Origin: Flavobacteriales bacterium
Lineage (GTDB): Bacteria; Bacteroidota; Bacteroidia; NS11-12g; UBA955
Length of the DNA: 64,000 nt
Direction: 5' to 3'
Assembly: GCA_947463095.1 (NCBI GenBank)
Contig: CANHRE010000005.1
Location: 1,120 to 65,119, forward strand
The notes below the pieces were generated by a model. It ran no database searches. It worked only from the letters and a program-made list of their open reading frames with translations, and was not told the DNA's origin. Positions 28,327-38,228 of the stretch are shown piece after piece (the stretch's first letter is position 1; the number at the start of each line of letters is the position of its first letter). A program made the translations under genes and the position numbers.

Positions 28327-30261
28327 TTACTGTATTTCAAATTTAGTGAAATAAACCCCACCTGATGCAGTAACCCGCATCACATAAATCCCATTGCTGA
28401 AGGCACGCAGGTCCAGTTCGGTACCGTAGAGGCCATCGGGCAATTCTTTACTGAGCAGTTGCCGGCCTGAAAGGTCGCATAGTTCCACCAGGCTGATGCG
28501 CTGATTTTTGGAATAAACCTGCACAGCGGCTCTGCCCGGATTGGGATACACTTGTATGCTTCCGCTGCCGCCCAGGTTGGCGTTTCGTCCGGTGATGACC
28601 GATTGTGCCAGCAGCCACTGATCCGGGTCGAAGAGGGCATCTTCCACCTGGGTATTCAGGATAAACTCGAAGCTTTCGTCGCCGTCGCGTGGGGTGAGCA
28701 CCAGCAATGTATCGGAGGGCAGGCCTTTGAACAGCACCGGAATCTTCAGGTCAAAATACTGCACCGACGGGTGACTGGTACTTTGTTTTACCTGCACCTT
28801 GAGGCGGTTTCCGGTCATCAGCCAGTCGATGTTGAATGTGGGATAGCCTTCACCAATATACCAGTCGTTGAAGAAAGGGGTTAAATCCTGGCCCGACACA
28901 TCTTCCAGATAGTTCTGGAAATCGAGGGTGCGGGCAAAGCCATATCGCCTTGCCGGAGACGCCAGGTAGTTGCGCACGCCGGCGAAGAACAGGCTGTCGC
29001 CCAGTTGCCAGCGCAACATATGGTACACCAGCGCGCCTTTGTTGTAGGTTAACCTGCCGTCAAAAAGCCTGCCGATGTTTTGAGTATCGGTGGGGAATAC
29101 CGAACCGCCGGGCTGACTCATCACATACTTCTGCATGTCCTCCAGGCGGGCGCGAAAGGCAGAGCGGTTTTTCAGAAATTCGTAACACAGGGCATTGGCA
29201 TAGGTAGCCCAGCCTTCATTCAGCCAAAGGTCTTCCCAGCTTCCGCAGGTAACGGCATCACCGAACCACATGTGGGCCAGTTCATGGGCAATCAGGTCAA
29301 AGGAAAAGTTCACCATGAAACTCATGGTTTGGTGTTCCATGCCTCCGCCCCAGGTAAATTGGGCATGGCCGTATTTTTCATTCATGAAGGGATACTCCCC
29401 GAACAGACTGTCAAAAAGGCGCAGCATGGGCAGGGTTTGTAACGCTTCTACACGCGCTGATGAAAAGCTCTGGGGGAATACATAGTTCAGTACTGGTAGT
29501 GAGTCCACCCGGTTGTGGAAGTGAGCATGGTCGGTGAAGGGAACATAGTTGCTCACCGCAATGGCTACCAGGTATGGTGCAATTGGATAGCGGTGTTTCC
29601 AGTGAAACAATACCGTGCTGTCGTTCAGTAAACGCTCATCCACGAGCAAACCATTGGAAGCTGCCCTCAGCCCCTTTGCTGTGCTTACCAGAATATCCAC
29701 GGAGTCGAGCTTGTCATCGAGGGTGCTTTTACAGGGCCACCAATAGGGTGCGCCGTAGGGCTGGGAAAGGGTATGGATGATGTTGCCCGTTTGGTGCCTG
29801 TCGCGCACATAATAGCCGAAGCCGCTACCCCGCGATGGATTTCCGGAGTAATGCACGCTGAAGGAATCATAGGCGCCGGCCTGAAGGTTGCGGTTCATCA
29901 ACACAAACAACTGATGGTTGCGGTGATCCCAGCGAAGGGTATCGGAGCCATGGGTAACTTTGAACACCTGAAGTTCATCGCGCAGGTCCACCCTTACTGT
30001 GTCCATGTTGCGCATGGTCCGGAAACAGATTTGCACCACCCCTTGCAGGCGGTCGGATACATTTGGATTTACCTTCAGGTGCAGGGTTTGATGGTGCACG
30101 GAATAGCCGTAATCTGTGCCGCTGTTGCTGCGCAGGGTGCGCGATTGTGTGAATCCTCGCTGCTCGGATTTTATCAACTCCTCACCAGTGAGCAGTTGCC
30201 CCCATAGGATGCTGTGCCCCGGCAGCATGAATAAGGTAAGGAAGAAAAATGCGCGCATCAT
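28327..30261 (-). CDS. M1 family aminopeptidase with T9SS CTD
   Basis: GGMEH, HELAHMWFGD...WLNEG, YNKGA; CTD VYPNPG...DLSGR...GIYVM. Confidence 0.95.
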   Translation of the reverse strand: MMRAFFFLTLFMLPGHSILWGQLLTGEELIKSEQRGFTQSRTLRSNSGTDYGYSVHHQTLHLKVNPNVSDRLQGVVQICFRTMRNMDTVRVDLRDELQVFKVTHGSDTLRWDHRNHQLFVLMNRNLQAGAYDSFSVHYSGNPSRGSGFGYYVRDRHQTGNIIHTLSQPYGAPYWWPCKSTLDDKLDSVDILVSTAKGLRAASNGLLVDERLLNDSTVLFHWKHRYPIAPYLVAIAVSNYVPFTDHAHFHNRVDSLPVLNYVFPQSFSSARVEALQTLPMLRLFDSLFGEYPFMNEKYGHAQFTWGGGMEHQTMSFMVNFSFDLIAHELAHMWFGDAVTCGSWEDLWLNEGWATYANALCYEFLKNRSAFRARLEDMQKYVMSQPGGSVFPTDTQNIGRLFDGRLTYNKGALVYHMLRWQLGDSLFFAGVRNYLASPARRYGFARTLDFQNYLEDVSGQDLTPFFNDWYIGEGYPTFNIDWLMTGNRLKVQVKQSTSHPSVQYFDLKIPVLFKGLPSDTLLVLTPRDGDESFEFILNTQVEDALFDPDQWLLAQSVITGRNANLGGSGSIQVYPNPGRAAVQVYSKNQRISLVELCDLSGRQLLSKELPDGLYGTELDLRAFSNGIYVMRVTASGGVYFTKFEIQ

Positions 30262-30345
30262 ACAAAGGTAGCCTTGTTAGGGTTTCTCCAAGAAACACCT
30301 ACAGACGACTTTCGTTTGTCGTTTGTCTGTTCTTCTTTTGAAGTT

Positions 30346-30714
30346 ATGACCATGACCCCGCTGCAAATCAGGGCAAAAGAAAACCTGCACATTGTATTCT
30401 GGCTGTTTAAAGATTTCTGCTGGCTGATGCTGTACAAGCCACTGGGCATGGTAATGGTGCTTCCCACCGTGTTTCTGGCTTTTTACCTCAGCTGGAAAAG
30501 TCGCCACCTGCGCAGCGAACTGTTTCACAACCTGGCAGTAACAAGTTGGATACTTGGAAACTCGATTTGGATGGCCGGGGAGTTTTTCTTCAACGACAGC
30601 ACAAGGCCCATAGCATCTGTATTCTTCTATGCCGGCATAGGTTTCGTGTTGTATTTCTACCTCACGGAATGGTTAAACAACTCAGGCGTTAAGAACGGGT
30701 CAGAACCGCAGTAG
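30346..30714 (+). CDS. Small hypothetical membrane protein
   Basis: Four hydrophobic segments; ENLHIVFWLFKD and HNLAV..WI.GNSIWM motifs. Confidence 0.7.
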   Translation: MTMTPLQIRAKENLHIVFWLFKDFCWLMLYKPLGMVMVLPTVFLAFYLSWKSRHLRSELFHNLAVTSWILGNSIWMAGEFFFNDSTRPIASVFFYAGIGFVLYFYLTEWLNNSGVKNGSEPQ

Positions 30715-32034
30715 TTTTTCGCGAACGGCAATATTGCCATTTTCGTCGCGCAGCTCGGCATAGTAGGTTCCGCGGCTGAAGCGGCTGAGGTCCAGTCGCT
30801 GACTCATCTGTATGCAGGGTTCCGCGTCCAGTATCAGTCGGCCGTTCATGTCGGTAAGTGTCAGGAAGTACCTGTGTTTGCCAAGCAGGGCGGGTTCTAT
30901 TTCAACGGTGATGATGCCATCCACGCTGGGGTTGGGGAACATACGGATGCCGCTGATGAAGGTGTCGCTGGAAATTTCCGCCTGATAGAGGCTGCTGCGG
31001 AACGTCACCAGGCAGAAGCGCATGATGTTCATCTGCTTCTTGCTGAACATGGTCTGGCAGGTGTGCGCGCTGTAATCCATATAGTTCTCTACCTGGTCGG
31101 GTTCATCGCCGGCCCCGGTATTGCAGGTGTTGCGCGATTTGTTGCAGTCGAAACTGCTTTGGGAAGCACAAAGTGGGGTATCGTCAATGCCATCATCTAC
31201 CGCACAGCCGCTCACGCCGTTTGGCGGGTCTCCCCAAACATGGCGCAAGCCCAGGAAATGCCCAACTTCATGCACTGCGGTACGTCCGTTGCGGCTGCTG
31301 GCAAGCGAACCAGTAGCTCTGGGGTTGTTGATGCCCACAATTTTGTAGTGAAGGGCCACCCCCTCATGCTCTGGGCTGGGAGGGAAAGAGCCTGAATTCC
31401 AGTTGGGTGCATCAACGGGAGGATAGGCGTAACCAAGCAGCGCATCTATGTTCTGAACGCTCAGGTCGCAAACCCAGATGTTTAGGTATTTAGCAGTATT
31501 CCAGGCATCGGTGCCGCCGCGGCTGCTGAACTTCATGTCGTCGTTGAGGTTAAACGACCCGAAGGTAGCTTTGGTGGTGGAAACGCGGTTGATACCGTTG
31601 GTTGCCTTCCCCGAAGGGTCTTTGGCAGCCAGCACAAACTGGATTTTTGTATCCGCTGCGCGGGGTCTGAATAAAGTGCGGATGCTCGTGGTATCGGCAT
31701 TTCTCTTGCGGAAATCCCTGTTCAGGGCAAACAGCTGACTGTAAATCAGCGAGTCGGGAATATTCTCGGCGTTGTTGTTGTACAGCACATGGAATACCAC
31801 CGGGATGGTGAACACCGTATCAGCAACAATATTTTTGCGAAGGCTGACGCCATTGGCGTAATCGGAAGCCATGCGGTACACACGGTCCATCTGTTCCCTG
31901 AAGCCCGGATGTTGCTGTTCCAATTGCTTTTGGTATTCCACTTGTCCGCAAGGTTCAGCAGTCTGCTGCTGTGCGTTCAGGGATGTAGTATGAAGAAGCA
32001 GGGCTCCGGAGATAAGCAGTAATGTTGTTTTCAA
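30700..32034 (-). CDS. M43 (pappalysin/ulilysin-like) zinc metalloprotease with T9SS CTD
   Basis: Cys-switch CG in the prodomain, IPVVFHV, HEVGHFLGLRH, Met-turn NYMDY; CTD MFPNPS. Confidence 0.93.
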   Translation of the reverse strand: MKTTLLLISGALLLHTTSLNAQQQTAEPCGQVEYQKQLEQQHPGFREQMDRVYRMASDYANGVSLRKNIVADTVFTIPVVFHVLYNNNAENIPDSLIYSQLFALNRDFRKRNADTTSIRTLFRPRAADTKIQFVLAAKDPSGKATNGINRVSTTKATFGSFNLNDDMKFSSRGGTDAWNTAKYLNIWVCDLSVQNIDALLGYAYPPVDAPNWNSGSFPPSPEHEGVALHYKIVGINNPRATGSLASSRNGRTAVHEVGHFLGLRHVWGDPPNGVSGCAVDDGIDDTPLCASQSSFDCNKSRNTCNTGAGDEPDQVENYMDYSAHTCQTMFSKKQMNIMRFCLVTFRSSLYQAEISSDTFISGIRMFPNPSVDGIITVEIEPALLGKHRYFLTLTDMNGRLILDAEPCIQMSQRLDLSRFSRGTYYAELRDENGNIAVREKLLRF

Positions 32035-32195
32035 AGGGGAGGCTTAGTTACAAATTTAGGGAAAGTGGTAGATTTTATCCTGAAAAGCGTTTGGAATCTG
32101 ACAATTGACCGAACACCAACATGGGGATGCTTCTTCAGGATGAACACAATTCTATCTTCCGAGCCCGGGTGCGCCAAAGGCTGTGTCCGGATTTG

Positions 32196-32978
32196 TTATC
32201 TGCCCATGAAGTTCGGCTTTCGCTTCTCGTTGAAGGCGGTAACACCTTCACGGTAGTCTTCGCTGCGGCCGGCAATTTCCTGGCATTGTGCCTCGTATTC
32301 CAGCATCTCGTTCAGGTCGGAGTAGGAGCTGCGGTTCAGCATCTTCTTCATCAGTCCGATGGCCTTGGTCGGGGCGGACGCGTAGTACGCCGCCAGTTCA
32401 TTTACGGTCTGGTCCAGGGCTTCGGGCGCCACCACACGGTTCACCATGCCCCATTCCAATGCCTTGGCGGCGCTCACTTTAGAGCCCATGGTGGCCAGTT
32501 CAAAGGCGCGTTGCGTTCCTACCACCCTGGGCAGAAAATAAGAAGAGCCACTGTCCAGCACCAGCCCTACGTGCACAAACACTTCAATAAGGGAAGCCTG
32601 TTCCGAGGCCACAATCAGGTCGCAGGCCAGGGCCAGGGAGCAACCTGCACCTGCTGCCACCCCGTTCAGGCGGCAGATGATGGGCTTGGGCATCTCGCGC
32701 ATGGCCCTGATGATGGGATTGTAGCGCTTATATAATGATTCACTCAGCGAACGTTGCCCGCTGTTGGCAATGGCCTTCAGGTCCTGTCCGCTGCAAAAAG
32801 CTTTTCCAGCCCCGGTCAGCACCACTACGCGCACCTGTTCGTCGCGGGTGGCCTGCTTCAACGCATCCTGCAGCTCATAGCTCTGCGCGTCGTTGAAGGC
32901 ATTAAAAACTTCTTCGCGGTTCAGGGTGATGCGGGCTATGCCCCCTTCAACTTCGTAGCGTATGCAGGTAAATTCCAT
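32196..32978 (-). CDS. Enoyl-CoA hydratase/isomerase (PaaG-like)
   Basis: ITLNR, AFCSGQDL, NGVAAGAG, GLVLDSG, EGVTAFNEKRKP. Confidence 0.92.
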   Translation of the reverse strand: MEFTCIRYEVEGGIARITLNREEVFNAFNDAQSYELQDALKQATRDEQVRVVVLTGAGKAFCSGQDLKAIANSGQRSLSESLYKRYNPIIRAMREMPKPIICRLNGVAAGAGCSLALACDLIVASEQASLIEVFVHVGLVLDSGSSYFLPRVVGTQRAFELATMGSKVSAAKALEWGMVNRVVAPEALDQTVNELAAYYASAPTKAIGLMKKMLNRSSYSDLNEMLEYEAQCQEIAGRSEDYREGVTAFNEKRKPNFMGR

Positions 32979-33027
32979 GGTGTAATGCTTGATGGGGCGA
33001 ATATAAATGGTCGGAACTGCATACGCT

Positions 33028-33636
33028 TCAGCGCATCCATATCAAAACGGGGAGGGCGGCCATGGCTCCGCACAGCGTTCCACTGAGCAACTCGGCCGGG
33101 CTGTGCGCTTTTAAGACCGCTCTGGAGGCTACAATCAACAGAAACAAAATACACATTGGGAACATCATTCCCGAAAAAGGCGGTATAAAGGATAAATACA
33201 TCAACAGGGCACTGCCTGCCGCCGCGTGGGCACTGGCCTTATTCCACCGCAAATTTACCTGCCATAAAAGAAGCGCACTGAAGGTGTTGAGCCAAAGCAA
33301 TCCATATACATGACTTTGAGTTCCAAAGGCAGGCAGCAATTGCATCATGGCGGCAAAGCTGAAAAACCAAAGCAAGGAGGTTAGATACACCACATGGCGT
33401 TCCTCACGCAGGGAGAGTAGAAGGCTATGCACCCTGCCCTGTTTTTTTAACAGAAGCAACAACAGCGAGGGAACCACGAACATTCCCGTGCACAGCAGAA
33501 GCTGCGTCATCGCATCAAAGGGCATACCCTGTGAGGCCTGCTCCAGAAACAATAGGGCAGCGGGCAGCAGCCATCCCAGCAACAACGGGTGAAACAAGCC
33601 ACTAACCAGCCAGGCCATTGCCTGCAGTAAAATCAT
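33028..33636 (-). CDS. Membrane protein, PAP2-like
   Basis: S.LFHP, ER, KASAHA and SRAVLKAHS motifs within multiple TM segments. Confidence 0.6.
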   Translation of the reverse strand: MILLQAMAWLVSGLFHPLLLGWLLPAALLFLEQASQGMPFDAMTQLLLCTGMFVVPSLLLLLLKKQGRVHSLLLSLREERHVVYLTSLLWFFSFAAMMQLLPAFGTQSHVYGLLWLNTFSALLLWQVNLRWNKASAHAAAGSALLMYLSFIPPFSGMMFPMCILFLLIVASRAVLKAHSPAELLSGTLCGAMAALPVLIWMR

Positions 33637-33708
33637 GTCGGCAATTTAAGCAGGAGCGCTGCCTGGTGATGCAGTTTTTAGCGGTGGGATTGGCTAATTT
33701 CGCGAGGT

Positions 33709-36033
33709 ATGAAAGTTGCCTATAACTGGCTGCGCTCCCTGGCTGATTTCAAGGCTTCACCGGCCGATCTTGATGCATTGCTCACCCGTGCGGGCCTCGA
33801 GGTGGAACATACCGAAACCTGGCAGTCGGTTCGGGGTGGCTTGCGTGGATTGATGATCGGGAAGGTGCTGGACGTAAAACCTCACCCCAACGCTGACAGG
33901 CTGCGCTGCACGCTGGTGGATATAGGTTCCGGCGATCCCCTGCCCATTGTTTGCGGTGCCGCCAATGTGGCCGCCGGACAAAAAGTGGTGGTGGCCGTAG
34001 TTGGTGCCACATTGCATCCGTTGAACGGGAATCCTTTCGACATCAAAGAAGCCAAAATCCGCGGTGAACGGAGTTGCGGCATGATTTGCGCCGAAGACGA
34101 AATAGGGTTGGGCAGTTCGCATGAAGGCATCATGGTGCTGCCTGATGAGGCGCCCGTTGGCCGTGCATTTGCCGAATACCACGGGGTGGCAGAAGATGTG
34201 GTGCTCGACATCGGGTTGACGCCCAACCGCGGCGATGCGGCTTCACACCGCGGCATCATCCGCGAGCTGAAGGCCCATATCCCGGTTTCCGAAGTAAACA
34301 TCACCCTGCCAGAGCCTTCAGGCAGCAGTGTGCTGAACGTTTCGGTGGAATCACCTGAGCTGTGTTCGGTTTATATGGCCCTGCCCATCAGCGGCATCAA
34401 CGTAAACCCTTCGCCGCAATGGTTGAAAAACAGGCTGCTGAGCATCGGTATCAACCCCATCAACAACATTGTGGATGCCACCAACTTCGTGCTGCACGAA
34501 ACCGGACAACCCATCCACGCCTTCAACAGGAATAAAATCCACAACAACACGCTGAACGTGCGTTTGGCTGAAGCAGGGGAAGTGCTTACTACCCTGGACA
34601 AGCAGGAGCGAAAGATGAAGGGCGGCGAATTGGTTATTGCCGACGAACAGAAGCTGCTGGCCCTGGCCGGGGTATTCGGCGGGCTGGATTCCGGCGTAGC
34701 CAATGATACTTCATCCATTGTGCTGGAAAGCGCCTGTTTCGATCCCGGACTGGTGCGCAAAACGGCGCGTACCCACGGGCTGTCTACCGACGCATCCTTT
34801 CGCTTTGAGCGGGGCACCGATCCGGAGGCCTGCCGCGAAGCCCTGCTGCGCACCGCAGCAATCATCCTGGACATCGCCGGTGGAAGCATCGAAGGGTCTC
34901 CCGCTGTTTTCGAACAGAAGCCAGAGCGGAAGCAGGTGCAATTGCGCACCTCATACTTGCGCAAAATTTCCGGCGGCGATATTTCCGGCGCCAGGGTGTT
35001 GGAAATCCTGCAGCAGCTGGGCATGCAGCCCAACGCAACCGCTGAGGGTATCGGGGTAACAATTCCCTCCTGGAGGCATGACCTGAGCCTGGAAATAGAT
35101 TTGGTGGAAGAGGTGCTGCGTGTTTACGGCTACGATGAAATTCCCATGCCGGGGAAAATGCAACTGTCGCTCAGCTCCGGAGGCTCAGGCCTGAAGCGCG
35201 ATGCCGAGCGCAGGATGCGGGAGTTCCTCACTGCCCACGGTTTTCATGAGATGATGAGCAACAGCCTTACCGCCTCGGCGCATTACCCGGAGGCGCTGCA
35301 TCCCAGGCTGGTACGGTTGAACAACCCGCTGAGCAGCGACCTGGATGTGATGCGTCAAACGCTGATTTATCAGGGATTGGAGGCCGTGGCCTACAACCGC
35401 AACAGGCAAAGCAACAGAATTCGTTTGTTTGAGTTGGGTAAGGTATATGAACGCACAGCCGAAGGCAGCAGTGAGCGTTGGGAGCTGATGATGCTGAGCG
35501 CGGGTGAGCGCTGGCCGGAAACCTGGGAACTGAAGCAGATGCCCGGAGGACCCTATGACTTGAAGACGGCGGCTCAGGGTTTGTTGCGCAAGCTGGGGGT
35601 GCCGGAAATGAATATAGCAATTCAGGCTCCTGAGCGCAGGCTGCTGGAGCGCTTCGGAATCAACCAGCCCGTATACATCGCGGTTTTTGACTGGGAAGCA
35701 CTGATAGCACAGATCAAGCAACAGCGCTTCACCCTGAAGGAGCCATCACGTTTCCCGCTGATGCGCCGCGACCTGAGCATGGTATTGCCACCGGGCTGTT
35801 CATTCGAGCGGGTGGAAACGCTGATACGCGCACATGTCAGTCCTATTATGCAGGAGTATCGCTTGTTCGATGTGTATGAAGGCAAGCCACTGGAGCCGGG
35901 ACAAAAATCTTTTGCCATCTCGTTCCAGTTTGGCTTGGATGAGCGCACCCTCACCGACCAGGAGTGTGACCAGGTGATGCAGCAGTACATGGAATTGTTT
36001 GAACAAGAGTTGCAGGCACAAATCAGGCGCTGA
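33709..36033 (+). CDS. pheT: Phenylalanine--tRNA ligase beta subunit
   Basis: HPNADRL, IVCGAAN, LTPNRGD, TDASFRFERG, DLVEEVLRVYGY, SRFP..RRDLS. Confidence 0.99.
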   Translation: MKVAYNWLRSLADFKASPADLDALLTRAGLEVEHTETWQSVRGGLRGLMIGKVLDVKPHPNADRLRCTLVDIGSGDPLPIVCGAANVAAGQKVVVAVVGATLHPLNGNPFDIKEAKIRGERSCGMICAEDEIGLGSSHEGIMVLPDEAPVGRAFAEYHGVAEDVVLDIGLTPNRGDAASHRGIIRELKAHIPVSEVNITLPEPSGSSVLNVSVESPELCSVYMALPISGINVNPSPQWLKNRLLSIGINPINNIVDATNFVLHETGQPIHAFNRNKIHNNTLNVRLAEAGEVLTTLDKQERKMKGGELVIADEQKLLALAGVFGGLDSGVANDTSSIVLESACFDPGLVRKTARTHGLSTDASFRFERGTDPEACREALLRTAAIILDIAGGSIEGSPAVFEQKPERKQVQLRTSYLRKISGGDISGARVLEILQQLGMQPNATAEGIGVTIPSWRHDLSLEIDLVEEVLRVYGYDEIPMPGKMQLSLSSGGSGLKRDAERRMREFLTAHGFHEMMSNSLTASAHYPEALHPRLVRLNNPLSSDLDVMRQTLIYQGLEAVAYNRNRQSNRIRLFELGKVYERTAEGSSERWELMMLSAGERWPETWELKQMPGGPYDLKTAAQGLLRKLGVPEMNIAIQAPERRLLERFGINQPVYIAVFDWEALIAQIKQQRFTLKEPSRFPLMRRDLSMVLPPGCSFERVETLIRAHVSPIMQEYRLFDVYEGKPLEPGQKSFAISFQFGLDERTLTDQECDQVMQQYMELFEQELQAQIRR

Positions 36034-36323
36034 TGGAACAACTGCAGGAACGGCTGGAACGTATTGGCAGGCAGATAGAAGGTATGCTTGCGGAACGCGG
36101 TCGCCTGCAGCGCGAATTGGAACAGGCGCGACAGCGTATTTGGGATCTGGAAACCCAGGCCGAACAATTTCAGGAAGAACGAAACCGGCAGGAAGAATCA
36201 ATTAAAATGCTTAAACTTGCAAAGGTTTTACAACCGGAAGGTATTGACCGAAAAGATATAAAATTGAAGGTCAACGAACTGGTACGGGAAATAGACCGAT
36301 GTATCGACATGCTCAACGCATAA
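36033..36323 (+). CDS. Coiled-coil protein (ZapB-like)
   Basis: Heptad-rich, C-terminal KLKVNELVREIDRCI; lies between pheT and zapA. Confidence 0.75.
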   Translation: MEQLQERLERIGRQIEGMLAERGRLQRELEQARQRIWDLETQAEQFQEERNRQEESIKMLKLAKVLQPEGIDRKDIKLKVNELVREIDRCIDMLNA

Positions 36324-36326
36324 GAT

Positions 36327-36617
36327 ATGGAACCCGATGATTACATACCCATCCGAATTGTCCTGGCAGAAAGGCCCTATGTGCTGAAAATACGCAGGAA
36401 AGAAGAGGAGTATGTTCGCCGCGCAGCAATGCTCATGCAGCGAAATCTGCAAGAGATAAAATCACAATATTCCGTTAAAGATGATCAGGATGCTTTGGCC
36501 CTGGTTACCCTTGATGTGGCCACAGATATGGCCCGACTCAACGTCCGCAAAGACCAACACAATGATTCATTAGAGCGGGTAGTCAGTCACATGGAAAAGC
36601 TGCTCAACATCGCCTGA
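36327..36617 (+). CDS. zapA: Cell division protein ZapA
   Basis: IRIVLAERPYVLKI...EEEYVRRAA...DDQDALAL; synteny. Confidence 0.85.
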   Translation: MEPDDYIPIRIVLAERPYVLKIRRKEEEYVRRAAMLMQRNLQEIKSQYSVKDDQDALALVTLDVATDMARLNVRKDQHNDSLERVVSHMEKLLNIA

Positions 36618-36673
36618 ACCATATTTAGCTCGGCTGTCGTTACGTCCTATATCAACTAAAAAGGAGTAACGAA

Positions 36674-38221
36674 ATGAATGTACAAATCATCTTATTTGCC
36701 GCCATCGGTCTCATTGCCGGTGGTGGGTTGGGATTTTTAATTTCCAACCTGTTGCAAACGAAAAAAAGCGAAAACCAAGCCCAACAAATTGTTCGCGAAG
36801 CCACACAACAGGCTGAGAACATCAAGAAAGACCGCATCCTGGAAGCCAAGGAGAAATTCCTTCAGCTGAAGGCAGAACACGAAAAAGAAGTGAACCGCCG
36901 CAATCAGGAACTTGTTTCATCAGAAAACCGACTGAAGCAAAAGGAACAAAGCCTGGATCAGCGCATCCAGAGTGCGAAATCCAGAGAGGAAGAAGCCGAG
37001 AAGCTGAAAAATAAGCTGAACCAACAGAATGATGTGCTGGCCGTGAAGCGCCAGGAACTGGAAACCCAGCGTGAACAGCAAATCAAAGCGCTCGAAAAGA
37101 TTGCAGGCCTCACTCAGGAGGATGCGAAAGAGCAGATGCTGGAAACCATCCGTGCAACCGCCCAAACCGAAGCCCTCCAGGTGGCCAAGAATATTCTGGA
37201 CGAAGCCAAGGTGAGTGCCACGCGTGATGCCAAGCGTATCGTGCTTCAAACCATCCAGCGTACCGCTGCTGAAGAAGCCATTGACAATACGGTTACAGCG
37301 GTTGCCATTGAGAACGACGAAATCAAGGGCCGTATTATCGGTCGCGAAGGCAGAAACATCAAGGCATTTGAAGCCGCTACCGGCGTGGAAATCGTGATTG
37401 ACGACACCCCGGAAATGGTGATGCTGAGCTGTTTCGACAGCGTGCGCCGGGAGGTAGCCCGCCTGGCCCTGCAGCGCCTCATCGCCGACGGCCGTGTGCA
37501 CCCTGCCCGCATCGAAGAGGTGGTTGAAAAAACCCGCCGCGAAATTGAGGAAGAGGTACTGGCCTGGGGTGAACGCACCGTGATTGACTTGGGCATCAGC
37601 GGCCTGCACCCCGAGCTGATTCGCTATGTGGGGCGTATGCGCTTCCGCGCTTCTTACGGACAGAATCTGCTGAAGCACAGCCGTGAAGTAGCACGCCTTT
37701 GCGCCACCATGGCTGCCGAAATGGGCCTCAACCCCAAAATGGCTAAACGCGCCGGACTGCTTCACGACATTGGCAAAGTGCCAGACTTCGACGAGGAAAC
37801 CCCGCACGCGCTGCTCAGCATGAAGCTGTGTGAGAAATACGGTGAACATGCCGACATCTGCAACGCCGTAGGCGCGCACCACGATGAAATTGAAATGAAA
37901 ACGCTCATCGCACCTATTGTGCAGGCTTGTGATGCCATCAGTGGATCACGTCCGGGTGCACGCCGTGCCGATGAATCGTATATGAAGCGCATCAGCGAAA
38001 TGGAAACCATGGCACTGGGGTATCCGGGTGTGGAGAGTTCCTTCGCCATCCAGGCCGGTCGAGAGTTGCGTGTAATCCTCAACGCCGACAAGGTTACGGA
38101 TGAACAGGCCGATACCATTGCCTTCGACCTATCGCAGCGCATTACCAAGGAGATGAAGTTCCCTGGTCAGATTAAAATTACCGTTATTCGGGAAAAGCGC
38201 TCCGTAGGTTTCGCTAAATAA
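36674..38221 (+). CDS. rny: Ribonuclease Y
   Basis: N-terminal TM, coiled coil, KH (KGRIIGREGRNI), HD (GLLHDIGK), AIQAGRE. Confidence 0.98.
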   Translation: MNVQIILFAAIGLIAGGGLGFLISNLLQTKKSENQAQQIVREATQQAENIKKDRILEAKEKFLQLKAEHEKEVNRRNQELVSSENRLKQKEQSLDQRIQSAKSREEEAEKLKNKLNQQNDVLAVKRQELETQREQQIKALEKIAGLTQEDAKEQMLETIRATAQTEALQVAKNILDEAKVSATRDAKRIVLQTIQRTAAEEAIDNTVTAVAIENDEIKGRIIGREGRNIKAFEAATGVEIVIDDTPEMVMLSCFDSVRREVARLALQRLIADGRVHPARIEEVVEKTRREIEEEVLAWGERTVIDLGISGLHPELIRYVGRMRFRASYGQNLLKHSREVARLCATMAAEMGLNPKMAKRAGLLHDIGKVPDFDEETPHALLSMKLCEKYGEHADICNAVGAHHDEIEMKTLIAPIVQACDAISGSRPGARRADESYMKRISEMETMALGYPGVESSFAIQAGRELRVILNADKVTDEQADTIAFDLSQRITKEMKFPGQIKITVIREKRSVGFAK

Positions 38222-38228
38222 GCGGCTG

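Noticed and set aside
36618-36673. 6S RNA expected near zapA/rny
   Set aside because: The gap is only 56 nt, far too short.
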